A stretch of 64,000 nt of DNA from Takakia lepidozioides (Eukaryota > Plantae > Bryophyta). This document shows positions 51,506 through 64,000 of the stretch, in pieces. A program made the translations under genes and the position numbers. The notes under the pieces were generated by a model that was not told the DNA's origin, ran no database searches, and saw nothing but the letters and a program-made list of their open reading frames with translations. Location: contig CM060732.1 in NCBI GenBank assembly GCA_030704615.1, forward strand, positions 48,794,001 to 48,858,000. The letters run 5' to 3'. Within the stretch, counting starts at the first letter, position 1. Each line of letters starts with the position of its first letter.

Positions 51506-54500
51506 GAGGAGGAGGATGTGTTCGCCGACAAAATCATTGGCAGGACCATGTGTGAGGCTGCCGAAGAGGGTAGTCTGGAAGAACTTCATCTAGCTATTGG
51601 GCGCAATGAAGAACTTAATTTCCAAGACCCTCTGAATGGCGATTCTGCATTGTAAGTTACAACATCATTTTCTTTTCCCCTAGCCTTTGTAGGTTTTCTA
51701 GGTTTTCTGCGTTGTAACTAACATCTTCATTTTCCTTTTCCCTAGCCTTTCTAGGTTTTCTTTTGCATTTGCATGTCTCGTTGTAGAACAGCCCGTTGCG
51801 ACATGATGCTTGGGGGCGAATTGAGAGGTATATAGAGAAGGGTAGGGAGATACAGTCCACCTCTGATGTGGTAGTGTAATTTACTGTGGGGGTTAGGATG
51901 AAAGCATTGAAGGGAGGCTTCAAAGAGATCGCCTGGATTTTGCTGGGCATTGGTATTGACGTGAAGTTGAAAGGCCTTTTCGGTGACACTGCTCTCCATT
52001 GGGCTGTAATATGTCTTCCCCACTACCTCCCACCTAATCCCCTCTTTCTGCTTGTTTAACTGATGAACCAGAATATCTGGCGGCAATATCCAACGCAGGC
52101 GTGCAGCAAATCTTCAATATAATTTCCTTCGTATACAGCTTCATGTAGACTTAATTACAGTTCCTAACAAACAAAGAATGAACATAAGGTCCGCTAGCAG
52201 AACCAGTTGGTACACCAAGTGGCCATAATGTTGCAAGCGCCCACATGCGCCTGTCTAGACCTTAGTTGACAGGGCTCCAAACTAGACCCATGCAGAGAAA
52301 GATGATCCTAAAGTGAAGTTTGATAACCCAGGTCTTTGTGTAATATGTACACCCCGACAGAAAGCTAAACTAAGATTCCCCTTTCTCTTGATCTTTCTAC
52401 TCAAAAGAAGCTGGGTGTTTACTGCAGAGTACACGAGGATTCGAGGATGTGGTAGTGGAGCTATTGAAAAGGGGGGCAGATATAAATGCAAAGGGGGAAT
52501 TCTTAAACACTCCTTTGCATTTGGCGTGCAGTAATAACCAGGAAGGAGTCGTGTCTGTACTCCTGCAGGTATTAGGTGACCTTATTGCAGACTCTCTGCA
52601 ATCAGTGACTGAAATCATTAGTGATTCTTTCGGACCTGATCAATTCTTGAACATCGTGTGGGAATGTATTAAGCACAGGAGGGGGCATCTGTGAGACTGC
52701 GCAATGAGTTTGGCAATGACCCCATGAAGATGTGTTCCAACCCCAAATTAAGAATGAAGGTGCGTAGCCATAGCAGGGATTATACAACCTTTCATTTGTT
52801 TGGATGGAATTCTAAACTTTTGGCTGAATCTCTGCGGCTTAAATGCCATTCGCTGCTCCCTCTTACACCCCCCTACGGCTAGGAAGCAGGACAGAGAAAA
52901 TGTATGTCTCATATCGTTACTGAGGGCCTTGCAGCTTGCCAAAAACCCTGTTGGTTGCAGGGGAAGTTTTGTACTCAATTTCCATTTCTTTGACCTCAAA
53001 ATCCATGCACTTCTTGGCTGGTAATTTTTTGTGATGTCTTGCTGTATGTACGCATTGTAGGTTAAAACTGTCTTTGATGAGGGGGATCGAGCCAGGCAAA
53101 AGATGAAAGCAGAGTTAGAAGAAGCGCTGAATGCCCAGAAATTGAAGGCTGCATTGGAGAAGAGAAGAATAGAAGTAATTCTTTATCTTCTTCCAAGTGT
53201 GTTTTGGAAATATCCTTGGAAATTGTTGGCCCTCTCTTTCTTGTTTCATGCAACCTCTTGTCCCATTGGCTATTTGAGCTTTCCTTAAGTATCTTTTCAT
53301 TTCATTTCTCTGGGCTGATGTGTTTGGAAAGGCACTGGAGACAGCAATAGACTGAAATTGTCACCCAGACAACAGGGGTTGCTTACAGAAGCTACATGGT
53401 CACAGCAAAAACATCTCTCAGTACACATCTCTCTTGTTTTTTATTCTTTATTCCTAGATTTTCTTAATCGAGGAAAGAGGGAAATGCACAATAGAAACCT
53501 CACACACCTAAAAACTCAGCTCACAACCTTGGCAAACCAAGCCAAGCTGACCCCAGCAGAACCAGTGTGCAGACAGACCAGGTGACGGTTGAACACTAAG
53601 TTTCTGTTAGAGAAAGCCATTTGTCAATTGATTTCATCAACCCAGCTCAGCTATCCTTTATACAAATGAAGATCCACCAGGGACCAAGCTCTCTCAGCCC
53701 GTTCCAGGGTTCCTTTTGGCCTTGTCCTTGCAGTAGATCAAGTTTGCTGGGGAACATTGGCGGTCACAAAATTGAAGTCACAGTGGTGCCAGGGCAATGG
53801 ACATGTAGCAGGGATCTCCACAGTTTCCAGGTTGTGGACCACATGTCCAAGTCAGTTGCCTTGTGCTTGCCTTTAGTAGCCCATCTCTCTCTCTCATCTT
53901 CATACTGGGTGGTGTGGATTTGGTGGTACTCCACTTACAAGAAGGGTCAGAAAATCAGGAAGTGTTGGAACAATGCCTGTTATCAAGCACCTCTTGCATT
54001 ACCGTATGAAACAGGAGGAAGAGAATAAAAAGAGACAAGAGGAGGCATATTTAAAAGCTAAAAGGGATGAAGTTGTAGCAGAAGAGGTAAACCTTTTGCA
54101 TGACACCTTCATTCTAGATCTCTTACACACCAGTCCAAAACCCCTGATTACACAATTGCAATCTCTGACCCTCAAACCCTCATCTTGAAAACTAACAGCA
54201 AGAAGCTGCTGTCGAAAGATACAAACATTAGTCACTCATATTTTGTCCATCATATTCCATGCAACACTCTGTTTGACATCGTCTTAATTCAACGTTAAGC
54301 TAAAGACCAAGAGGGTCTCTCTGACCTGGATAGTTTCAAAGCTTCTCACAGCGAAGAGTTTTCTTGTTGCTTCACAACCGCAGTTTCAATAGGTAATGCA
54401 ATATCCTTAATCAAACCTTCTCCGCCCTGCACTGCCTATCATGATCAGGCCTGATGGGCAGATTGGATGTCTTTCTCTCCACTAGTCTTACAAGTACATT

Positions 54501-55245
54501 CTCTACTGGCCCAAGTAGGAAAGCTCTCACAAGAAAGAAAGAAAGAACCTCAGGGGGGCCGATTGTCTTGAGTTGAAACCTGAGAGACGGTTGAACGATG
54601 GCGTCTTCACTCCTGAAAGTCCATACACTTGTCCTGTGTCCCAGGCAGGGCCCCGCATTTTCCAAGATATTTAGATCTCAGTTTCTTTGAGTCCCGGCCA
54701 TAGAAAAGTGCACAAGCTTCCTCGAAGTCATCAAAAGGATGTTTTATACTGTTAATTGATTTGTATCTACTTTAACAATGTTCCATTTAAGATTCCATTT
54801 AAGCCCGAAAGGTTTTGTGACAGCACAGAAGAGGATAGAAGATGAAGATGCAGCCAGAGTGCAAGCCCGACTTGACGAGATTCAGCGATTGGTACTTCCC
54901 ATCTTGATACCGTGTTACATTTGTCATTCTTAATACTAACCAACGGTTCTGCTCCCCTTCCTAACCTCTACTTCAGACACTCTTCACATCTCTCCATCCC
55001 CTGTGGCTTTTCTCTTTCTGTAATGAAAAGCCCCTGTCACACTTGCAGTAGTTTCCATGTATTTTGCAGCAAAGAATGCAAGGAATCCTGGCCCCATTGG
55101 TAGTTGCATCTGTCACTTAATTTTGTGGGGGTGAATATGGATCACACAGGAACATGAGCGGATTGCAGCAGAGTTGTTCGAAATAGAGGAGAAGAAAAGG
55201 TTGAAGAAGTTAGCGAAAAAGGAGAAAAAGAAAAAGAAAAAGTGA
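51506..55245 (+). CDS. Ankyrin-repeat protein with coiled-coil and Lys-rich C-terminus (at least 8 exons; first exon uncertain)
   Basis: Spliced exons read MCEAAEEGSLEEL..NGDSAL|MKALKGG..GDTALHWA|STRGFEDVVVELLKRGADINAKGEFLNTPLHLAC..|..|VKTVFDEG..|EEENKKRQEE..|..|EHERIAAELFEIEEKKRLKKLAKKEKKKKKK*, with GT-AG boundaries. Confidence 0.8.
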
Positions 55246-55873
55246 TTGTATGGATGCATATCAATGTCTCAGAGACTGCCATTGCATTTCTACACTGCCG
55301 GAAAGTGAGTATTGAATTTGGAGAGAATTCGTGGCTGTTATTTACGCTGGCTTCAGCTACAGTCATCTCTCTCTCTCTCGAGAATAGTCCATCATCGTCA
55401 TTGAAGCAACCCTACAGCTTGCAAGGTCTTGGGGTTTTTTGCTTCCATTTAAACTGAAGTCTCACTTACAAACCCCAAAACCCTCTGCAACAGCCCAAAA
55501 TCCCGTGTCTTGCAGTTTACAAAGGGTTCAACAACCAAGCAGAGACAATTTGCTGCATTGTTTTATGTTAATTTCTCTCTTGCCGAAACCCTCCTGGAGC
55601 AGAAGATAAACTTTTGACAGAATGATCGGCTATGCAACTTCAGACAAGCTTAAAGGTTTAAAGGGGGTTTGTAATTGTATCATGGGCATGGAATAACTCA
55701 CAGTTGACGAAGGCATTGAATCAAAGGCCAAATGGATTTCACCAGCACTTGTCACCCCTCTGACTGATAAGTCCAACAACGCACTCAAAGCTCAAGTGCC
55801 TGATGTAAGCTCCAGTCATCAATCACATTTCCATTCAGAACCATCTTCGGGAAATTTTCGGCATCCCACATGG

Positions 55874-58800
55874 TCACAATTTCACATCACTACCCTGGAA
55901 ACCATCCAAGATTTCAGATGATGCTAAGCTTCTGGTTGCCCATTCGCTACTGGTCAAGCAGCTAGCTCCATGCTTGTAGTAGCAATGTGCTGCTACAAGC
56001 ACATTGCTACTACAGTCACAAAGGGTTTTGGGGGGTTTAAGCGGCAATGGAAACATACTTTCGCCAGATAAGTATGCCACATAGTATGTGCATCATATGC
56101 CTGTCATTATAAATTTCTTTACCCATTGAGCTGAGAAACAGTCCTTCTGGGCGTCAGTGTATTGTTCTTTTAGTCTATCACAATCATCCAAAAATGCCGT
56201 TGTGAATTGACTGTTTCCAAAAACAGTGAAAAAGTGATCACTTATACATAAATACCAAACCATCACTGGAATCAGGCCCACGCTGCCTGCTTATACATGA
56301 GTGCCCCTCATCAAGTTGTCACTCGTTCCTGCATCATTGTTCTTGGTGCTGCACTGGAAAACAACCTGTTAAAGCCCATCACCCATTGCTGAAATATGGC
56401 CAGACTTGCCTGATTGCAAGTGAGTTAATCCATGCACCCCTGCAGATGATATGTTGGCAGGTGCCAAGGAACTCCACACACTTAGCAATGGGAACTATGC
56501 TGCAGTAATTACAGATTTGTAATTTAGGACAAAATGTGCATGTACATGCAACAGCAAGGAGTGAGGAGTGAGGTAGGCCTTTTCAGCAGATCGTCTAAGC
56601 AGGGAAAGAATGTATGCTCTACCAGAATAGGGCAAGCATCACTTGATACATAATTGACATAGTACACAGCATTTCTGCTGAATTGAATGTAGGTTGAAAG
56701 CTTAAGCCTTCAGTAAGTCTCCCAGTTGTGTGCCGAAGTTGTTGGACATGATGGAGGCTGCGAATTCTGCGAATGCTGGCTCTGTCTCCTTGGTTTCCTG
56801 TAAGGTGAACCCACTGCACACCATATACAGTAATGAACTATTCAAGTCAGTGAATTTTGTACCCTTTCTATAAGTTACGATTGTGAATACTACTCGCCAA
56901 TTGTAGTGAACTTGTTGCATGCTCTGGGCTACTATTGCATAATTGCCCAAAATCAAGCAAGCCATATACCTGTTGATGACCAGCTGGGGTAAAGCTCAAG
57001 GTTACAAGTCCACACAAGAATGTCACAGCCAGCATGGGTTAGGATCTGGTGGCAAGGACTACCTATGACTGCAAGGCTCAAGCACATGGATCAAATGAAA
57101 ACAATGGTACTTGTGGTGAACCATGTCAAATGCAAGATGGCATGGGTTAGGCAAAAGAAGCATGGGTGCTGGAGCAGAAAAGTCCATTTCCTTATGGCAC
57201 TGAGCTTGCATCAAATTAATTTGCTGTGAAACAATTCACATTCATTGGTTAAGGATAATCCGACAACAGCAACTGACACAATCAATTAGGTGCCAAAGAA
57301 GACTGCCTGAACTGAAATGAAATGGAAAGGAGGTGCCAGAGAAATAGGTATAGAAAAGCTTGGTGAAGTTAGAGCTTACAAGCTTGGTACCCTCCAGACT
57401 GAGAGCGCCATCCATGGTGAGAAAGATTTTCATCCAGCTATCCATCTGCACCTCTTGGTGCTTCCCATCCTCAACCTTACGGTTACCAGCTGCTGGACAA
57501 CATACAGAACTGGGTCCAGCAGTTGTATAGGGCGGGTGTGAATATAGCAAAGGTGCATCAAGATTTAGGTCCCCTGACGCAATCACACTGCGCACTCTGC
57601 GCCTGCTTCGCTTGAGTGCTGCATCCCGACCAGGAAGAGCACATTTCTTCTTTAGAGACTGAACAATCTAGAAGTACACATACTTCATAGAGAATCCAGG
57701 AAGCTACATGTCTAAGAAAGTTCACATGTTACCCTGTGTGATGTTTGGATCACAAATGATTACCCCAAATCCAGGAAGAATTACAGAATTATGCCTTCAA
57801 TGTAAGTTCTCATTCATATGCCTAGCATCTGCACATTAGGTACCATCTTTAATGGAAGTCTATTTGACTAGAAATAACAACTATGAGACTACTTGATGCG
57901 CTTCCTCCATGCATCTGGACTTCCTCCATGCAACTAAGTGGAATGGCCCAGCTTCTAGCCATTGTTTGAGAGATTCCTGCAGTTTGTAAATGTGGGCTTT
58001 GGTTCTCCTCTGTTTCTACTTGAGGCATGTGGGATTATGTGAGGTCAATTGCTAGTCCTACAGGGTGATGGACAGTCCATATGTCTTACAGAAGAGACTG
58101 GATCATGATCCATGTTCATAAGAGACAGATGAGGAGTTGGGTAAGAAGGATAATTTACCAGAAAGACGCCCCTTCACATCCAGTCTGAGAAGCTCCAACC
58201 AGCGAGTAACCACACTCACAGCTGCATCCCACCAGTTGATTGTTTATTCCTCTACATGTATAAAATCATCTCCTTTCAATTTTCCCTCTCTTTCTTTCTT
58301 CTTAGCTTTCCGTGGACATTATAAAGCACCATTTCATTTCATTTCATTTCTCCTTTTGTCACATAAGCTCTTCGAGCTTTCTGCGGACGTTATAAGGTTC
58401 CCATTTCATTTCATTTCCCTCTCTAAAGATGTGGGAGATTGCGACTGAAAAACATAATTTTTTTCACTGTCCTCTCTACTTCTGAGATCCGTAGTCAATA
58501 CTTTTAGTCAGTTCCGGTACAGCCAACCCCTGGCTGCTTGGCAGTATCCCACCATCATCACTTTGAGCTTCAGTGGACATTTTTCCTCTTCCCCAAGATA
58601 CATATATTGCTCTCTAGTGAGGAATAGGAGACCTCTGAACTACAAAGTTTATTTCCGTGGCAGATGTAAAGGAACAGTTCACACATACCTGTGACAGATA
58701 CCCACAATTTGGATGCATCCAACTGCAACGCATCATCTTCAAGCAGGGAACAATCAGGAGGGGTCTCCTCATTTATTATTGGGAACTGGGAGTTATCCTT

Positions 58801-60153
58801 CAACTCAACCCCACTTCCTTCACACGGATTCCTCTTGCATAAAGTTGCCTCGGCGTCCTCGTTCATCATGCAACTTGCTCCGTCGCTACTACCATATTTC
58901 AAAGGACATTTTGTATCACTGTTGTCTCTCTTGACAATCGCCTCTGCAAGTTGAGCGACCATATGAAAGCAACGATGCATATTCTGGCTGCAGGCGTGCA
59001 GTCCTGCCGCTTGAAGATTCCCAACCCCACCATCCATCCTCTCTGTTTTCCCCACAGTTATGCTATGATCAAACCCTTTGACAGAGAACTGGGGAAACAC
59101 ATCAGTTCTCTGGTCACGGCTCCCTGCACTCACAAGCCCCTCCTCACCAGAGCAGTGAGATTGTTGTAGCCCATGCAGTTCCATCCCTTCTACATTTTGC
59201 ATGGCTGGTGACCCCTGGTGGGCGTCCCTCTTGTGCGGTGATTTCGTCCGAAGTTCTGGAACATTTTGAGAATTGAAACCTTGCTGTTTCTCGTATGACT
59301 GGCTGCCCAGGACAGCACCGAGGACAGCACAAACCTGCTTCCGTGTGCGCATTGGTTGTCTCATGATGCCTGGCTTGAGATCCCCCAGAATTCCGCTTGC
59401 CTCCACTAATCGCAGATACTTGTTGCCCTGCTTTGTTTCCTTGCACTTCTGTTTCGTAGTCCTCTTAAGGCGCTTCTGCAGTGGTGGCAGCGGGGGAATG
59501 GAACCTGCCACATATCCGAGCAGGGCAACATAGACCTTCCAATTGAGGTGCTGACTCTTAAAAAATCAAGATGAATACCAAGAGCACGAAAGGGCCAAAA
59601 TGGACTACACTCAGACTTTCCGCAACAAAGTGGTGGCCACCCAGAGATACAGACGCATGTTCAATGTTAGCAGAGATAACATGGCTATCCCATCTTTCTT
59701 TTTTGGCCATTACACCTGTAAGCAAAACCAATGCGCGTGCTAGAACAAGGAGGGACGGGAGTACCATCAGCAGAATAGCCAAGAACCTTGCGCTTGCTTC
59801 CCGGACTGAGCGGTGAGATTCCTGAGGTAATATACCAGCTTCCACTTCGCTTGTTCTCCTTGCTCCCATCTTCTATTATGACTCTTGCGGCAGAGGTTGG
59901 AAGTGGTATTGTCGGGGCTATGCGCTTTTTAGGAGGAGGTAGAATCTTCTTGGTTAGTGCGGGCCACGATTGATGGACAATTCTTGAATCTGCACTGGGA
60001 TTCTCGTCGAAGCTTGGAGGGAATTGCATGCGTGGTGCATCCACACACTCCTCCATCCGCTCGGCACCCGCGCTCTTGCATGATAGACCGTCCTCTTTGA
60101 ACTTGATAGACTTGTACAAGGAAAAAGCAGATCCATTGGAGCCGGGGCTCATC
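55874..60153 (-). CDS. Uncharacterised multi-exon protein
   Basis: Long ORFs 59685-60167 and 58570-59511 plus smaller exon-like blocks (57.4-57.65, 56.7-56.8, 56.1-56.2, 55.9-56.0 kb) with splice-like boundaries. No recognisable domain; the model is approximate. Confidence 0.5.
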
Positions 60154-61802
60154 GTAGTGCCCACCAAGCATTCAAAAAGAGAAAATTCCTAGTGAAACAC
60201 TATTCCTGCATTTTGTGTCAGCTCATACTGCTCTCCCCCAGTCCCTTTTGCGGGACTTGTTGCTGACCCCTACGGCTATGATCTGGGCTCTGATCTGGTT
60301 GTGAGAAAGGGAGGATCACAAAACGCATTGCAAATTTCAAGGCAAGCTGGTAGGGAGCCCTGACTAACTTAAAAACTTGCAAGGAGTTTTAGTCAATCTA
60401 CAACCGGATGCTCCTTTGCACATACAGACAGAAGTAGAATGGGAAAAAATCAAAACACAGGTTATGCAAAGCAAGAAGCACTGTCAATTCTGGCAATCAA
60501 GGTAAGTATGGCGGCATGAGAGTGACGCGTAGGAGCAGGGCAGCACTGGAGATGGCGGTAGACTTCTGTTGCCGATTTTGAACTCTCATTGTTCCGCATC
60601 GGGAAAGCAGGGCCGTCGATGTAGGATCCGTTCAAAGTTTGAATATGGCAGTGACCGTTGGCCTACGTTTGAACGTTCATCTCACTGTGAAGGGAAAACA
60701 GTATAGAACCCCACCATTGCAACAGAACAGAGGGAGAATGATTCAGGGTTGTTTCTGAATACACAAATCCTCAAGTGTTGTGCTCATGGCCATGCTCCTG
60801 ATGCATTCGTGCTGAGAAATCTCCACTCTTAGGGAACTGATCTGAAGCCAGCATCATGAGAAAGCAGTTGGATAGTTTTTTTAATTAATTGCTGGGCTGG
60901 TTCAAAGGCTGGTTGTTTTGGGAGATACTTAGTTCTTTGTATGAGAGAAATTGTCACTCAATCCACAGCCTTCACAGCCAAGGAGAGGGTAAAGAGAAAA
61001 AATTCTTCCTTCAAGACACGGATAGCAGAAGTGGCTCACTTTGCTTCTTTAGACCTTGGACTCTTAAGAGCGTCTTGTAGCAGGTAGCAGGTTTGATGTA
61101 GCTAGCTGTCCACCATAGCCAGTGCTCAAGAGACTTTTCTGAACCACCTCCACTGGAACATTATATCTACATAACTACACTGCATGTCCAGCAAATACCT
61201 CCAAATCAATACCTTGTTGGTACACAGAAACAATTTTAGTTGCAGCAAACTCCAGCTATACCTGAGCTCTCTTACCCAAGGAGCCTTTTTCAAATACAGC
61301 AAGTCTAGTTGAAGATATCACCTGCTATGACAGCCATGTAACACTTAAAAGACACTTGAGGAGAGAAACATCAACTGTCTCTTGTGAACACCATTTATAG
61401 GAACAACATGGCTCCCTATAACCTGCATTGTGACAGCCGGATTCTGGCCTTGGTGCTGAAGCCCTGCTGTTTACACCTAAAGATCATCCTTCTCAAACAG
61501 TGTTGTTTCCATTTGCATGGTACAGGCTAGTTGTTTGTCCAAATTCAAGGAACCCTCTTGGGCGACAGACAAATATATGCACATCTCAATGAAGGGTTTG
61601 TCCTAAAAGTATGCCAAAATGTGGCACTGAATGTCTCACCATCTACACTGCAGGTATTACCTCATCTGCAAAAATATTACCGCTCGTTACAGAGCGTTGC
61701 TCCGATCAACACGGGGGCTGTAAAAATGTGCTGCTGGCTATAATACACAAGACAAATTCATTATGAATTGTCTCTTGCAGCCTCACAGCCTAGTCAGGCG
61801 AG

Positions 61803-64000
61803 TCAGTGGCGCAGTATCCGATCCTCGTAAGCAGCTACCTGGTCAAGAAGCCGATAGCCTGCCCCTCGTGTAAACTTTCTCGCAAATAAGTAGCAGGGGC
61901 ATGCCTCCCCATTCGCACTGCACCATTCTATTCGCAACTCTGTCTCATAGTTGATGCTGTATATGCCCTGCCAACATCATCCCCTCCATCAGTCATGCGC
62001 TCTGAGAGAAATTTACACGGTCATTTTCTTCTTTATATCGGAGCGTAATTACAGCACTTACATAGACAGATTCACAGAGCCTTGGAGAAGTGAAATCCCT
62101 TAGGACACAGATTGGCATATGAGATTACAGCATCTGTTGTAATGATAGCCTCACAACTCATAAGCACATTTCATCTATCAAGATAACTGACTGCAACTTG
62201 AGAAACTTTGTCCTACACCAAGGCAGGATGACCTGAATGTCTTTAATGGTCTTCAGAGTGGCATTATTGACATTGAAGGTGACAGGATGCCATCCTTCCC
62301 GATCTTCACCCTTCTCAAAATTCTTCCACTGACTATAGGTCACTGTCCGTCTTTCTATTTCTGCCTCCATGTCCTCCATCTGTATCCACCAACACTCCCG
62401 GTCACACCCAGTTTTTTTGAGTGCTTTGAAACCTAAGAAGTATCCCTTCCTTCTTTCAGGAGAGTGACTTCTGGGGATGGTGAAAGTCGTTGTCAGCAGT
62501 TTGAAGCTTAATGTATCAATGTCAGTGGTTGAAGAGAATCTTTTGTACTCAACAAACAAGCAAAAATTACTGGACATGCTTCTCCACTGAATCAGAATCA
62601 CTCCCCAACATATTGATAGCTATCAAAACAAATGTCCAAGGAAAGCAGTTTTGAAACGGTTTCAGGCAACAGGCTGGATGAGGCTCATCCAGGACATGCC
62701 ACCCAGCAATAGCTGATGACAACCCAGTCTTGAGGAGCTGGCATTGACAGCATACTAACAACACGAAGTTGCTTCATCTAGTTCATTTAGCCCAGCATGA
62801 AATGTGGCTGTAGTTGCGCTGTAAGTCACAACGTTGAGGCGAAGTCTGTGCATGTGTGTCTCTGTGAGGTGTGAGAGTGGGAAAGTGGGAGTACTCACTG
62901 CTAAGAGAGTCTGTATGTAATGCTCATCAGGAATACAGTTGTGTTCATCCTCAGTCTTGTTGTTCACATTCTGACACAGGCAACACTGGTCATCAGCTGA
63001 CTGCACATTCCCCAACGCCGCCTTATTCTGCACATCTATTTGACTGGACAAAGTGTGCATAACCACATATGACTATCATCTTCATGTACAGAGGCAGACG
63101 CAGACTGCATTATGTGCACAACTAGGCCAAATTGACCAAAACGGGCAGAGACAGACAAACAGTGATAATAAAAGGAGAACCTACAGTTTCTGGCTGATCT
63201 GCCAGAAATCAGACTGTATAACTCTTAAGCAGACTTGGGGAGGCTATGGGTTTGAGATCTCTGACTATCCTCCTAAGTGCATGGAATTCATCCAGTTCCC
63301 CAATTTGAAAAGTTCACCAGTATGCTCAACTCAAGCTCTCTACTAGTTTCTTGAGATTACTGCCGGATTCCAAAACTCCAGCAATGGGATTCCTTTGCAT
63401 AGCCCATCAGTCTCACATGCTGGTGGGGTGGGGTGGGGTGGTCTGGGGGAATTGGAAAAAATGCTTGCCACCTCAAAAATTGCTTTTTCAATGAAATAAA
63501 AGGGCTGGTCAAAATGATTGAGGCAGCAGACGGGCTCACCGGCGCCTGTTGACTCTCAGATTCTGGCCTGACCACCTTCTTCTGCATCCATTTATGCATG
63601 CCAGATCCTGTCAATCTCTGCCCTGCCACAAATATGCTAATACACATACACAACAAGAGCCGGCTATAGCCATGAAATTGGATTGGAATCCAGGTTTCTG
63701 ATTGCTTGAGTTTACTTCATTTGTCAAGGCAATCGACATACTCAGCAAACAAAAGTGGCACAATGCAAATAAACAAAGGCAGCACTGGAGCGCAGAAACT
63801 GCATACCTTGCAGTACTGCTGAAAGACAGGGAAAACAGTTGAATCCTCCACAATTGCTTCCGCATGGTTCCGCATCAAAACAAACCACTACCCATACCAT
63901 CCATCCCTCCATATCAGACAAACAAACCAAGTAATGTAGCCTACCCATTTGCTTCTGATTGACTTACTTCCCTTCTAGCCTCACGTTCCTCCATGTAGCA
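61803..64000 (-). CDS. 3' part of a Core-2/I-branching-like (DUF266, BC10-like, GT14-like) glycosyltransferase; exons ~63361-63393, 62899-62970, 62233-62379, 61803-61967
   Basis: PLLEFWN, EHNCIPDEHYIQTLLA, EIERRTVTYSQW..GWHPVTF..IKDIQ and GIYSINYETELRIEWC..CYLFARKFTRGAG are characteristic of this plant family. The 5' exons lie beyond the window. Confidence 0.85.

Overview
Eukaryotic, intron-rich and transposon-rich DNA, most likely from a non-seed land plant (inferred from PLS-class PPR repeats, a lipoxygenase and a Tcn1/Tf1-like chromovirus). Host genes: a degraded PLS-PPR array (minus, ~8.5-11.75 kb), an apparently intact 10-exon lipoxygenase (17355-23747, +), an ankyrin/coiled-coil gene (~51.5-55.2 kb, +), an uncharacterised multi-exon gene (~55.9-60.2 kb, -) and the 3' part of a BC10/DUF266-type glycosyltransferase (61803 to the window end, -). 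The centre is a nest of mobile elements. A decayed Ty3/Gypsy element (~26.4-44.3 kb) is interrupted at the start of its RT by a 12.2-kb DNA transposon (29155-41380) with an 8-bp TSD, no true TIR and a (C)30 end. That transposon encodes, divergently, a MULE-like DDE/SWIM transposase (-) and a spliced ParB-like plus beta-class amino-DNA-methyltransferase-like gene (+). An intron of the second gene holds about 24 copies of a ~116-bp unit built around a 36-bp palindrome, and a 2.6-kb inversion has split the ParB exon. This cassette is the best candidate for an undescribed system, though this copy is decayed. A second Gypsy element (44.3-50.1 kb, -) shows a Tf1-type self-priming PBS and a -1 frameshift signal. 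Family calls come from motif recognition by eye; no searches were run.
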